This document shows, piece by piece, positions 54,020 through 64,000 of a stretch of DNA of 64,000 nucleotides. Source of the DNA: Hamiltosporidium tvaerminnensis FI-OER-3-3 (taxonomy: Eukaryota > Fungi > Microsporidia); contig CM061250.1 of the NCBI GenBank assembly GCA_022605425.2, positions 930,001 through 994,000 on the forward strand, written 5' to 3'. A program made the position numbers and the translations under genes. Under the pieces are notes generated by a model. It was not told the DNA's origin. It saw only the letters and a program-made list of their open reading frames with translations, and did not search any database. Each line of letters starts with the position of its first letter. Position 1 is the first letter of the stretch.

Positions 54020-54535
54020 ATGGAAAAAATATTAGAAAAATGTATTTTAGAGGAACTAAAAAGAGCAGGATATCAAAAATTCAATGCAAAAGCACTTTAT
54101 ATGTTTACTCAAACAACCATTGCACAAATCAAAACGAATTGTAATATTCTTTCTTCATTAACTCTGCATTCAATGAGAAGTAGATCTACACTTTTAGATG
54201 TAATGAATCTTATTAAATTAACAAAAATCGATTATTCTAATGTTTACAACCGACCAACAGTTAAATATGAAGTAGAAGAAGAACCAAAGCCAATCCAATT
54301 TAAAAGTTCTATTTCCTGTTCAGCAGAAAAATTTATTCATATTTACGATTTCATGCCAGATTTTCCACCTGTACATACATTTAAGAAATCATTTCTAAAA
54401 GAGAATAGAAGTGAAGATAAAAGTGAAAAAGTAAAACAAAGAATCGAACAATCTTTAAAAACAGAATCAAGTCTTTAAAAAATTATTGCTTGTTCTAAAG
54501 GACTACCAAAAAGAATCAATTTTTTATTCGATTAA
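54020..54535 (+). CDS. TAF8: TFIID subunit TAF8 (histone-fold/BTP plus TAF8_C), with an in-frame TAA at 54476-54478
   Basis: HSMRSRSTLLDV (BTP domain), HIYDFMPDFPPVHTFK (TAF8_C); reading continues in frame KIIACSKGLPKRINFLFD* to 54535; cccATG start. Confidence 0.82.
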
Positions 54536-54693
54536 ATGTGATTTTAATTCTTCTGAAATAAAATTATAATATTAAATCTAAAATATAAAATTTGTTATAG
54601 AATTTCATTTTTAAGTATTTGTTTTGGTTAAATTGTTTTTTATATTTAATCTCAAATTTAATCTATTTTTAATTTTTTTTTTAGAATTTCTAT

Positions 54694-54785
54694 CAATGAA
54701 GAGTCAGATTTAGAAGAAGAAATCGTAGTAGTTAAAGAAGCAAAAGGAAAATTTATAAAAGCCAGAAAGAAGTTTTAAACTGGAA
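54694..54785 (+). mobile_element. ~90-bp extreme 3' fragment of the RLE retrotransposon with a 15-bp TSD
   Basis: aatgaagagtcagatttagaagaagaa...gttaaagaa matches the element's 3' end; ttttagaatttctat at 54679-54693 and 54786-54800. Confidence 0.7.
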
Positions 54786-54884
54786 TTTTAGAATTTCTAT
54801 TTCTATGAATTGATAGAATTGATTTCAATTAAAACAGACTTCAACTTAATTTTTTTGCTAAAAAATACCTTTAAAAAAATTTCA

Positions 54885-56165
54885 TTTAATAAAATTCTGG
54901 GTTAAAATAGGCTTACGATTTCTATGCATTTTCTTCTACCTCTTTAACCACTTCTGCCTCTTCTTCCAAATCCGACTTTCATCTATATTTACTTCGGTTC
55001 CTCTAAAGTGGTTCTTCCTTCTGAAATAAAGGGTGTATTATTTTTTGTTTTTAAATTTTTGGCACCATCTTCCTCTCCTTTCGCTTCTTTTAAAGAAAGT
55101 GTTGGTTCCTCATGCATATCTGCTCTCATACTAACACCCATTGACGCTCTCACTCAGCTCTCTTCGGCATTTGATCCAGACTCATGTCTTCTTCGTCTAT
55201 TAAAGGAAATCGTTTCGGCTATATTCTTAAGTACTAAAGACTGGATGTATGCCGCTACATTCATGGGGATTTCTAGTCTTTTAAGATGAGATTTATGGTA
55301 TTTTGTCACAATACCGTCCCAGGCCATCACATAAGGGATTATCTCAACACTACACTTATAAATAAGACCCAAATCATTGGTTAGCAGGTCATAATTCCTA
55401 TTTTTTTCAGTTTCGACTATTTGAAGTGAATCTTGGGAGTGATTCCTATTTCAATGTCTGTTATTTTATTCTTCTTCTTATCTAAAATATATATGTCTGG
55501 TCTGTTATTCCGAATTTTAAAATCGGTTTTTATTCTGATGTCCACTCTTATCTCTGCATACTTATTATCAAGAATTTCTTGAACTGAGTGACTCCTAATT
55601 CGTTTTGAAGACTTAAACTTATATCTATTTAGGAGAAGTAAGTGTAGGCATCTAACCACTTCATTATGCCGTCTGGTGTAGTCATGGCCTAGCATTTTTT
55701 CACATCGAGTTTCTAGATGATCTACATACAGTCTTACCAGATTTATTGCAATGTTGGCACATACCATCTGCTCCTCATAATACATTTCTATCCTGGATAT
55801 AGCAGAACACTGCTTCATCACGCGGCTTAATATTCCCTCTCTTTAACCATCTTGAAGAGTCACTAACATATACAAACTCATTTTTCCTTGCATTATATAA
55901 TTTTGAATGGTGTTTTCTTTTTTCTATTTCGTGTATAGTTTTGCAAGTTGAGCTTCTTCTAAACTTTTCATAGTGACTTTTTCTACTATCTGTAATTTAC
56001 TTTTAAGAAGCCTTTTATTAGTGCAAGATGGGTTTTATTATTATTCTCCACCTTGAGGATTGCTGCTCGTCTAGTTGATATTTCTTTACTTTTTTCAAAT
56101 AATCCAAGAGTTGCAGAAGCATATGTTCGCTTCGCAACTCAACACTATGTAGGCCTCTTCTAAGC
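54885..56165 (-). mobile_element. 5'-truncated RLE non-LTR retrotransposon, frameshifted
   Basis: DHLETRC, RRHNEVV, NNRPDIYILD...IEIGIT, IIPYVMAWDG; possible TSD cct(t)taaaaaaa on both flanks. Confidence 0.88.
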
Positions 56166-57567
56166 CTTAAAAAAACTAATACTAATATAAATTAATATAA
56201 TTTAAAAATTATTAAAAATATGAAATATTTTCTTCCTTTTCTAAGAATTCTATTCATTGATTAAATTTTATTTATAAATCAGTATATCAATAACAAAAGA
56301 TTTGTTAAATGAGCTTATAATTTTCGAATTGGGATTAAGATTTGAAAATATCTTGGAATTTATTTCGATTCCTTTCAAAAAATTTTTTGATTAAAGTTTT
56401 TATTTTGATAATGATAGGTGATTAAAAATAAAATAAACTGTCAATGTTATGTAAAAGAAGAATTTAATACGCTTGTGTGCTCTATTTCTTATGAGAATAT
56501 TATTATTCATTCAACTATAAGTAAAGAGATATCGAAATTAAAAATAAATTAGATTTAACACTATCAATCATTTGGCTTAACATTTTACAAATAATAACTC
56601 CTTAAAACTTTTCGAAATTAGAGTACCTCTCATATAAACATTAAAAACTCAAAGACTCTATATTCTATCCTGTTTGCATAAAAAGAATCATTTTTTATAC
56701 AATAAATATGAACAATTGTAAAAGAGATTAATAGAATGGCAAAATTGCTTTTTTTATAAAGAAATATACATAAAATCGTAAGAAGTATCTCTTTGTGTAA
56801 TAGAGTTTTTAGAAACTACAAAATAAAACTTTATAGCCTCCTTAAATCTTGATCTTCAAAAAAAACTTAGCACAAAATGTGATTTAAAAAGATTTGTGCT
56901 TGAAAGCGATTAAAAAACACCTAAATCTCACGCGGTATAATTATAAAGAATATATTTCTTTCTTCTATAAAAAATACGAGATATGACTCAACTTATTGTA
57001 ATAAATATAAATTTATAATATTTTCTCAATTATTTACAAACCTTATACTATATTTATCGAGATATAAAATAGAATTTAATTTGTATCGATTTCAAAATTA
57101 TATAATTTCATTTAAATTTTATTTTTCTTTAATTTTCATCTTTGATAGGATCATTTTAGTTTATCAAATCCTCAAAAAATATATTTTTTTTAAGAAATAA
57201 TTATTTTCAAATTAATTTTCATCATTATATCCTTTAATCTACTCAATTTAAACAGAGCCTCAAAATTTGTGATTGAAATATTTAACAGAAGTTTTAAATA
57301 TATTTTACTAAAATCGAGTTAATTTTTAGATTTAATTATAATAACTGCAATCATAAGATCTTATAAAGGAAAATTTTTGATGAAAACAATTTTATTTCAT
57401 TTATTATATCTTTAAGTTTTATAAAATTTAGGTTATAAATTGTAAAGAAATTTATATGTTTTTTAACAAATTAGTTAGTCATTTTGTAAAGTTTAAATAT
57501 TAAATCTCTGAATGAGTTAGTTGAGTTTCACAACGAATTCTTTAAATAAAACACTTTAAACCCTTCA

Positions 57568-60500
57568 ATGGAAGATTTGATCGAAAAATTTTCTAAAAAA
57601 TTTAAAATTACAAAAATGGAAACTAAAAATCTAATCAGACAATCTCTTTTACAAAATAATTATGAAGAGGAAGTATCAAATCTGATAGGTTATGAAAATA
57701 TGGATTCTATAATTTATATTTGTAAAAATAGAGATTTATTTTTGAATACAAAGAAAGAAGAAAGTGAATTTATATGGCCAGGAGAGGAAAAACAGACTTC
57801 AAAATATTTAGAATATATTTTACCGACGAAGAAAAGCATAGAAATTAATATTGAAGAATTGATTTGTGTATCAGAAATGGGGACAGATCACAAATATTTT
57901 GATTTTGATTATTTTAATCCAGTACAGACACATGTTTTTGAAACGGCATATAAAACAGATAGAAATTTTCTAGTTTGTGCACCTACAGGTGCAGGGAAAA
58001 CGGATATCGCATTACTTGCTATACTAAAAGCTTTGAAATCTAAAAATGCAAAAATAATTTATATTGTTCCGATGAAGGCTTTGGCGACTGAAATTACAAG
58101 AAAATTTCAGGAAAAACTTAGAAATCATGTTGTTTCTGAATATACTGGAGATACAGATTTAACAAGAAAAGATCTTGAAATTTCGGATATTCTTATTTGT
58201 ACGCCTGAAAAGTTTGATGTCTCGACTCGAAAATTAGATAATATTTTGTGTTCTAGTATCTCATTAATTATAATTGACGAAATACATATTTTGCAAGATG
58301 ATAGAGGACCTGTAATTGAAGCGATAGTAGCTAGAATTTTTAGATTTATTGTTTTGAATCAGAAAAACATAAGAATTGTAGGAATTTCAGCAACTCTTCC
58401 GAATTACAAAGATGTTGCACATTTTATTCGTGCAGAAGATGTTTTCAATTTTACAAATGAATACAGACCCGTTCCTCTCAGAATAAGTATTGTTGGTATT
58501 CATAAGCAAAAAAATAATTCAAACATCGAAGATACAATGATTGAACTAATTATTGAAAAAATGAATAAACTTTCATTAGAAAAACAGCAATTAATTATTT
58601 TTGTCCATTCACGTTCTGAAACTGTAAGAACCGTAAAGAAAATAATTAAAGAATTATTTAATGAAGATTTCAATGATAGAAAATATAATATACAAAATGA
58701 TCGAAAAACAAATAAAAATGATAAGAAAATGACACCTCTTTTACAGGAATTTATTTATAAAGGATTTGGAGTTCATCATGCTGGTTTACCTAGAAATATT
58801 AGATTGGAAATGGAAAGTCTTTTCAGAAATAAAAAAATTGACGTTTTGGTTTCAACATCAACACTCGCTTGGGGTGTGAATCTACCAGCACATGCTGTTA
58901 TAATTAAAGGAACTACGTTTTATGATTCAGATAGAGGATCTTTTACGGATTTAGGAATTCTAGATATTTTACAGATATTTGGAAGAGCTGGAAGACCACA
59001 ATACGATACCTATGGTGAAGCGTTTTTATTCACTTCATCTGATAAGCTTTCTTTTTATCTTCCACAACTAAAAAATCAAAATTTAATTGAAAGTAACTTT
59101 TTAAAATCTACAGTAGATCTTTTAAATGCTGAAATTTCTCTTGGAAATGTAAATAATATCGAAGATGCGATTAAATGGATCAAAGGTACGTTTATGTATG
59201 TTAGGATGCTTAAAAATCCTATCTGCTACGGAATTACACAGAAAGAGTATGAAGAAGGAAATATTTTAAATTGTATCACAGAATATATAGTGCTAGCAGC
59301 AAAAAAATTAAAAGAAAGTAAAATGATTGAAATATCTGTTTCAGATAGCACAAATTTTATTAATTTATATTCTTGGTCGTTTAAGAGTACTTTTTATGGT
59401 AGAATAGCCAGCTACTTTTATATTTCATCCGAAACTATGAAAGAGTGGTTGGAAAAAACTGATTTTATATTTGATGAGGAATCAATTATTAGATTGATGT
59501 TAAATGCCAAGGAATTTTCGTCTGTGATTTTAAGACAAGATGAGATATTTACATTAAAAGGTATTTGTACTGATTTAAATATTGAATACGAAGAAAGTGA
59601 AAGGTGTAAGTTGTACACTTTAGCATATTGTTATATCAAAAATATTCCGATCTTTCATTTTTCTTTGACATGTGACAGTAATTTTATCGCCAAAAACCTG
59701 CAAAGATTATCATTGGCTCTTGAAAGGATATTTTTATTTCAAAATAATTTTATTCTATTTGAAAAATTATTTTTCATCACAAAAAAAATCTTTAAAATAG
59801 TAAAAAAAAACGAAAAACATGAATTTAGAGTTTCTAATATCAGAATTGGAAGATATCTGAAAATAAATATTGAGATGGACATTCTAGACAAAGTAGCAAT
59901 ATTTATCTATAAAGATCCCTTTAAGGATGACGAGTTGATTTTTTCAGATTATTTTTCTCGCAAAACCGAAATTTTTGTTGAATGCAATGTAAATGAAATT
60001 AAAATTAGAATAATTGGATGTGAAAGATGGTTTGAAAGTACAAAAATTGTTAAAATAGAAAATATAGATTCCATGAAAGAATATTTTAAAATTTTATACC
60101 ATTTTGGTTACCACTCGTGTGAAAAGGTTAATTGGTCTCTATTTGATTATAAAAAATCCTGTAAACACTTTTCAATTATTTATAATCAAAATGAAATTAT
60201 GAAAAATATTGAAAACGCGAAGAGAAATCAAGTGTTTATTACAAAAAAGAAGATTGATTATAATTTTAATGAAATCAAAGAAAAAAATTTGGATTTCAAA
60301 TTCTTTTACTATAATGATTCGAATTTAGAAGTTTATTTAAAAGAAAAAACTATTAATTTAAATAATATAATTGTGTTTACAAATATAAGTTCAAATTTAC
60401 ATAATTTTGAATATTTTAAATGTTTTTTGCTTTCTAACTATAAAATAAATATAGAACTTGAAGAAGTTTATAATGAAAATTTTCACGAAAAAAACAAAAT

Positions 60501-60888
60501 TATTACTTCTTTGATCTTTAAAAGAAGCCTAAATATTAAAGATAATATAATAATAGTTTGTGCAAATATACATGAGTGCATCAAAACAGGTCAAGAATTG
60601 AGAATTAAAATGTCTACTATAACAGATACATGTATTAAAAATTATGATGAAAATTATGGAGTATATTGGAACACGAAACCATTTAAAGAAAGTAAAATAG
60701 TTCTTTTGGCTTTAAAAGAGGCCAAAGTTTTTTGTAAAAACGAAATTGTAATTTTTAAAGGTTTATACGATGGAAAAAACGAATTGTATAATTTTTCTGA
60801 AATCTTTAGATTATTTGACGAACGTAAAATAATTATTTATGAAAATAGAAATTTCATCACTTTTTTTAAATCCTTATACAATCTATAG
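57568..60888 (+). CDS. Ski2-like DExH helicase of the Slh1/ASCC3/Brr2 group with a Sec63-like region
   Basis: APTGAGKTDIA, TPEKFD, DEIH, SATLPN, FVHSR, HHAG, TLAWGVNLPAHAVIIKGT, DILQIFGRAGRPQYD. Confidence 0.9.
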   Translation: MEDLIEKFSKKFKITKMETKNLIRQSLLQNNYEEEVSNLIGYENMDSIIYICKNRDLFLNTKKEESEFIWPGEEKQTSKYLEYILPTKKSIEINIEELICVSEMGTDHKYFDFDYFNPVQTHVFETAYKTDRNFLVCAPTGAGKTDIALLAILKALKSKNAKIIYIVPMKALATEITRKFQEKLRNHVVSEYTGDTDLTRKDLEISDILICTPEKFDVSTRKLDNILCSSISLIIIDEIHILQDDRGPVIEAIVARIFRFIVLNQKNIRIVGISATLPNYKDVAHFIRAEDVFNFTNEYRPVPLRISIVGIHKQKNNSNIEDTMIELIIEKMNKLSLEKQQLIIFVHSRSETVRTVKKIIKELFNEDFNDRKYNIQNDRKTNKNDKKMTPLLQEFIYKGFGVHHAGLPRNIRLEMESLFRNKKIDVLVSTSTLAWGVNLPAHAVIIKGTTFYDSDRGSFTDLGILDILQIFGRAGRPQYDTYGEAFLFTSSDKLSFYLPQLKNQNLIESNFLKSTVDLLNAEISLGNVNNIEDAIKWIKGTFMYVRMLKNPICYGITQKEYEEGNILNCITEYIVLAAKKLKESKMIEISVSDSTNFINLYSWSFKSTFYGRIASYFYISSETMKEWLEKTDFIFDEESIIRLMLNAKEFSSVILRQDEIFTLKGICTDLNIEYEESERCKLYTLAYCYIKNIPIFHFSLTCDSNFIAKNLQRLSLALERIFLFQNNFILFEKLFFITKKIFKIVKKNEKHEFRVSNIRIGRYLKINIEMDILDKVAIFIYKDPFKDDELIFSDYFSRKTEIFVECNVNEIKIRIIGCERWFESTKIVKIENIDSMKEYFKILYHFGYHSCEKVNWSLFDYKKSCKHFSIIYNQNEIMKNIENAKRNQVFITKKKIDYNFNEIKEKNLDFKFFYYNDSNLEVYLKEKTINLNNIIVFTNISSNLHNFEYFKCFLLSNYKINIELEEVYNENFHEKNKIITSLIFKRSLNIKDNIIIVCANIHECIKTGQELRIKMSTITDTCIKNYDENYGVYWNTKPFKESKIVLLALKEAKVFCKNEIVIFKGLYDGKNELYNFSEIFRLFDERKIIIYENRNFITFFKSLYNL

Positions 60889-61958
60889 AAGCAAATATTA
60901 AAATTATATTCATAATTATTTATTCTATCAAATTGTTTTATTAAGATGCGGCCATAATCTTGAAACTTAAAATTATTTTTTTATGGTTTAATAGATTTTA
61001 TCTGCCTTAAATTTTCTATTATAGATAGTAGCCTATTGTATCTTCTATCAAGTTCTTATCATAGTTCAAATATCTTTTTTATATATAATTTGTATTTACA
61101 AATGAATTTTACTGCGTGACAAATTGCAACTATATCCTGAAAGTCGCAAAAGATATTTTTAAACTTTTCTGCGTTACAAAAAGTAGAATTGTATCTCTTG
61201 AAAATATGAATTGCTTACTTATATTTTATAGATTTTAGAAAAAATTTTGATATGAGCTTTGTCTATAACTTATAAGTTTTGCTTTGTTTTAATATCTAAA
61301 ATATTTTTAATAATTATAAATAGCAATTATTTATCTCAAAAAAATAGTTTATTAAGTAGATATGAAAATTAAATCAGTAACTTTTTACGTTTCTGGACTC
61401 AAATTTGAAGTATATTCTATATAAGCGGTTTATACTGAATATTAGATATAGTTACTAATTCAATGTGTTTTGAATATATTAAAATGATTTTCTGGGTGTT
61501 GTCATAACGCTTTTATATTCCATTCATATAAATGCTCTATTGCACCATTTCTCTATATCTGGCACAATTTCATAAATTTTTTATCAATCTGGTTCTTCAA
61601 TTAAGATTCCAAAATACGAATCATCATAATCTAAGTTATAATAAAGCAAAACCGTCTTATTTCTGTTGCGTTTTTATGGATTGCATTGATTTATCTTTCT
61701 TACTCTATATTTTTAATATAAAATTTTCAATTCTTACCCAGACTCTATTGAAACAACTTATGCTTGCACTTCAATTTATCAATCGCATCAATTTGAGTTA
61801 TATTTTTTTCCTTATAGACGATATTTAAACCTTTTTTATATATTTACTCAGTCTTTTTAATTATTTCTTTGAAATTTATAACAATCTTTGGATAACCAAA
61901 TGAAGAAAATTTCCACGTTTAAAATAAAAAAATATCCAATAATTACTCAAAATTCGTA

Positions 61959-62670
61959 GTGGAGGAACAATAACCATAGGAATAAATATCTGCTTGTTAT
62001 TAGTATGTAAAATTGGCGTGCAGGTCATGGTTTGCATCTTTGTAGAGGCGAGAACCACATTACATTTTCAGTATATTAATGAGAATTTGTATAAGAAAGA
62101 GAAATTTTACAAAATGTTGAAAATTTTTCTAAAAGTAGACTTTAGCCTTTTATGTAACACTATTAGAAACTATCTTTTGAACTAGTAGTAAATTACAATA
62201 TAAAAGCATAGAAGCTTGGCTTTGCTCATTCGGATTGGAAGATTTACTACTTGTAAGATACAAAAGCACACGTTTTATAAACATGTGAAAGCTATGATTC
62301 AGGTATAAATAAGGTATTACATCGAAAGTTTAAGATAGAACTTCATTTAGATAGCAAAGATGTATTTTAGCCGAGGTTTCTTCGGTTGAGAAGGCTTAGA
62401 CTAAATAGGAATACTGCAGATCTTGAACCAAGATAGGTTTGGATCCATGATCACACTCTATGATACTGGCATGAATAAACATTGAATACAATGTCGCATA
62501 TTAATTGGTTCTACACATATTTTTACATGAAAGACTTTAGAAAATGGTATCTAAAAAATACTTGTAGCGTCATAGAATCCAGTTATCTATATAAAACTTG
62601 GATTCGGGTTCATGTCATTAAAACAATATAACACGTTGCACTTTTACAAAAAATAGTAGTAATTGTAGTT
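61959..62670 (+). mobile_element. Old full-length copy F of the SINE-like element
   Basis: Starts gtggaggaacaataacca, contains taaaagcatagaa, gatcacactc, ggttctacaca and tgaaagacttt, ends aaaacaatataacac...ttttacaaaa. Confidence 0.7.
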
Positions 62671-63533
62671 AAAATAATCAGACATATTTATAAGATTGTT
62701 ACAGTTTATTTTCGTAAAAATAAAATAATTTTTTATTTACTAAAACCATACGAAGTCATTTTCTAGAAGCTATAATTTATATAAAAGATAATAGACTCTG
62801 GATTTTTCGATAAGTCAAACATGTTAGGGATCAAGTAAACAATGATAGTTTTAACAAATATGAGATTTCTCCGGTTTCATAAATATCCAAAAATATTTTT
62901 TTAAACAATAAAATCTCACGAAAATTTTTAGGTTTTCGAAGTTCCTATTTTATTAACACAAAAACGATTGATAACTATTTAAAAAAAATATTCCGAAAAA
63001 TGTTATTCCAGCTTTGGTTACAGAAATAACAAAAAAATTGAATAACGAATCCAAATTAATCTATGATAAATGATTCTATTGGTTAATTTTTCAAACATCA
63101 TTATATATTTGATACGTTTAACAAAAAATTAATTAGCAAAATGGGTTTTTTTTGGTACAATTTTCGTTCTAAATTATCTTAGATTAATCTTCAAATTTAT
63201 AAACTAGAAATCAAATGATTTCTTTATTTTTCTAAAAAAAATCTCAAAAAATTTAATCGTAATACAATTAACCAAAATAATATAATATATGTACTAATGA
63301 TTGAGAAAAATAAATTCAAAAAATAAAAATCTTAATTTAATCTTAAAAAACCGACAAAAAACTATTTTTACCCAATTAGAAGGCAGTATTAAAAAAAATT
63401 AGTAATTCGATTGATTCCATTTAAAAAAAATAAAAGTCGGTGATGTTTATTTAATCTTTTATCGATTAAGTTATTTTTTTAATATTTTATCAGTATATTG
63501 ATTTTCTATAAATAAATCCAAAATCCGTGCTCC

Positions 63534-64000
63534 ATGGCACTTGATAGAAAGAAAGCAATGATAATCGCATCGGGATTAGTTATTTCAATGCTTTTTATAT
63601 TTGCACTTATATGTGGTTTAGGATACAACAAAGCTGGTAATGTTATCAAGAGTTTTGAAGAGGACTTTAAGAAAGTTTCCGCAACTGCACAATTTAAGTT
63701 TATAACTAATGACTTAAATAAAACAAAACTTGGAGATTTCGCAAGCATTAAAGGTAAAAAGGTGTTTGAACTTCCTTTTTCCAGTTATGATAGTGCAAAG
63801 TCTCTTATAAAAGCATTGGATGATAAGAAAATAGAAAAGGTTCAAGCATATACAAATATAAATATAGATGAGACAATTCAAATCGATGCTTCAAAATTTA
63901 TAAATATAGTTGGTGAAATCGGTTTCCTTGTAAAGATAGGTTTTTGGTTCAAAGGTAAAACTGCTATTAGATCAATATGTGCAATATCTTCGTTTATATA
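63534..64000 (+). CDS. Hypothetical membrane-anchored protein, 3'-partial
   Basis: Not in the ORF track. ATG 63534 opens a stop-free frame to the window end: MALDRKKAMIIASGLVISMLFIFALICGLGYNKAGNVIKSFEEDF... Confidence 0.75.
   Translation, partial: MALDRKKAMIIASGLVISMLFIFALICGLGYNKAGNVIKSFEEDFKKVSATAQFKFITNDLNKTKLGDFASIKGKKVFELPFSSYDSAKSLIKALDDKKIEKVQAYTNINIDETIQIDASKFINIVGEIGFLVKIGFWFKGKTAIRSICAISSFI

Noticed and set aside
63506-63748. Minus-strand 80-aa ORF
   Set aside because: Antisense to the longer plus-strand ORF starting at 63534.

Overview
Very AT-rich, gene-sparse eukaryotic DNA that reads as a large-genome microsporidian (Hamiltosporidium-like by inference). The evidence is intronless compact housekeeping genes with a CCC motif just upstream of the ATG, a minimal Pam18, expanded secreted LRR genes and many TE relics. 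Housekeeping genes: Prp22-like 5' end, GPN1, Rrp46-like, Nop52/Rrp1-like, Pam18, Rab GDI (frameshifted), Pfs2/WDR33, TAF8 (in-frame stop) and an Slh1/ASCC3-like helicase. Four observations stand out. (1) An isolated ~225-nt GC-rich, self-folding non-coding island at 40.71-40.94 kb whose minus strand carries AACCCUAACCC, a candidate telomerase RNA. (2) A ~725-bp non-coding retroposon family with 6 copies in 64 kb, three with visible 10-19-bp TSDs, coexisting with 5'-truncated RLE-type non-LTR retrotransposons, a candidate SINE/LINE pair. (3) A ~9-kb compositionally distinct island (23.3-32.5 kb) where coding and non-coding tandem arrays share an AGGGTGTTA/TTAGGG-like core. (4) A Charlie/SPIN-like hAT end. 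All calls are by eye from the sequence; no searches or folding programs were run.
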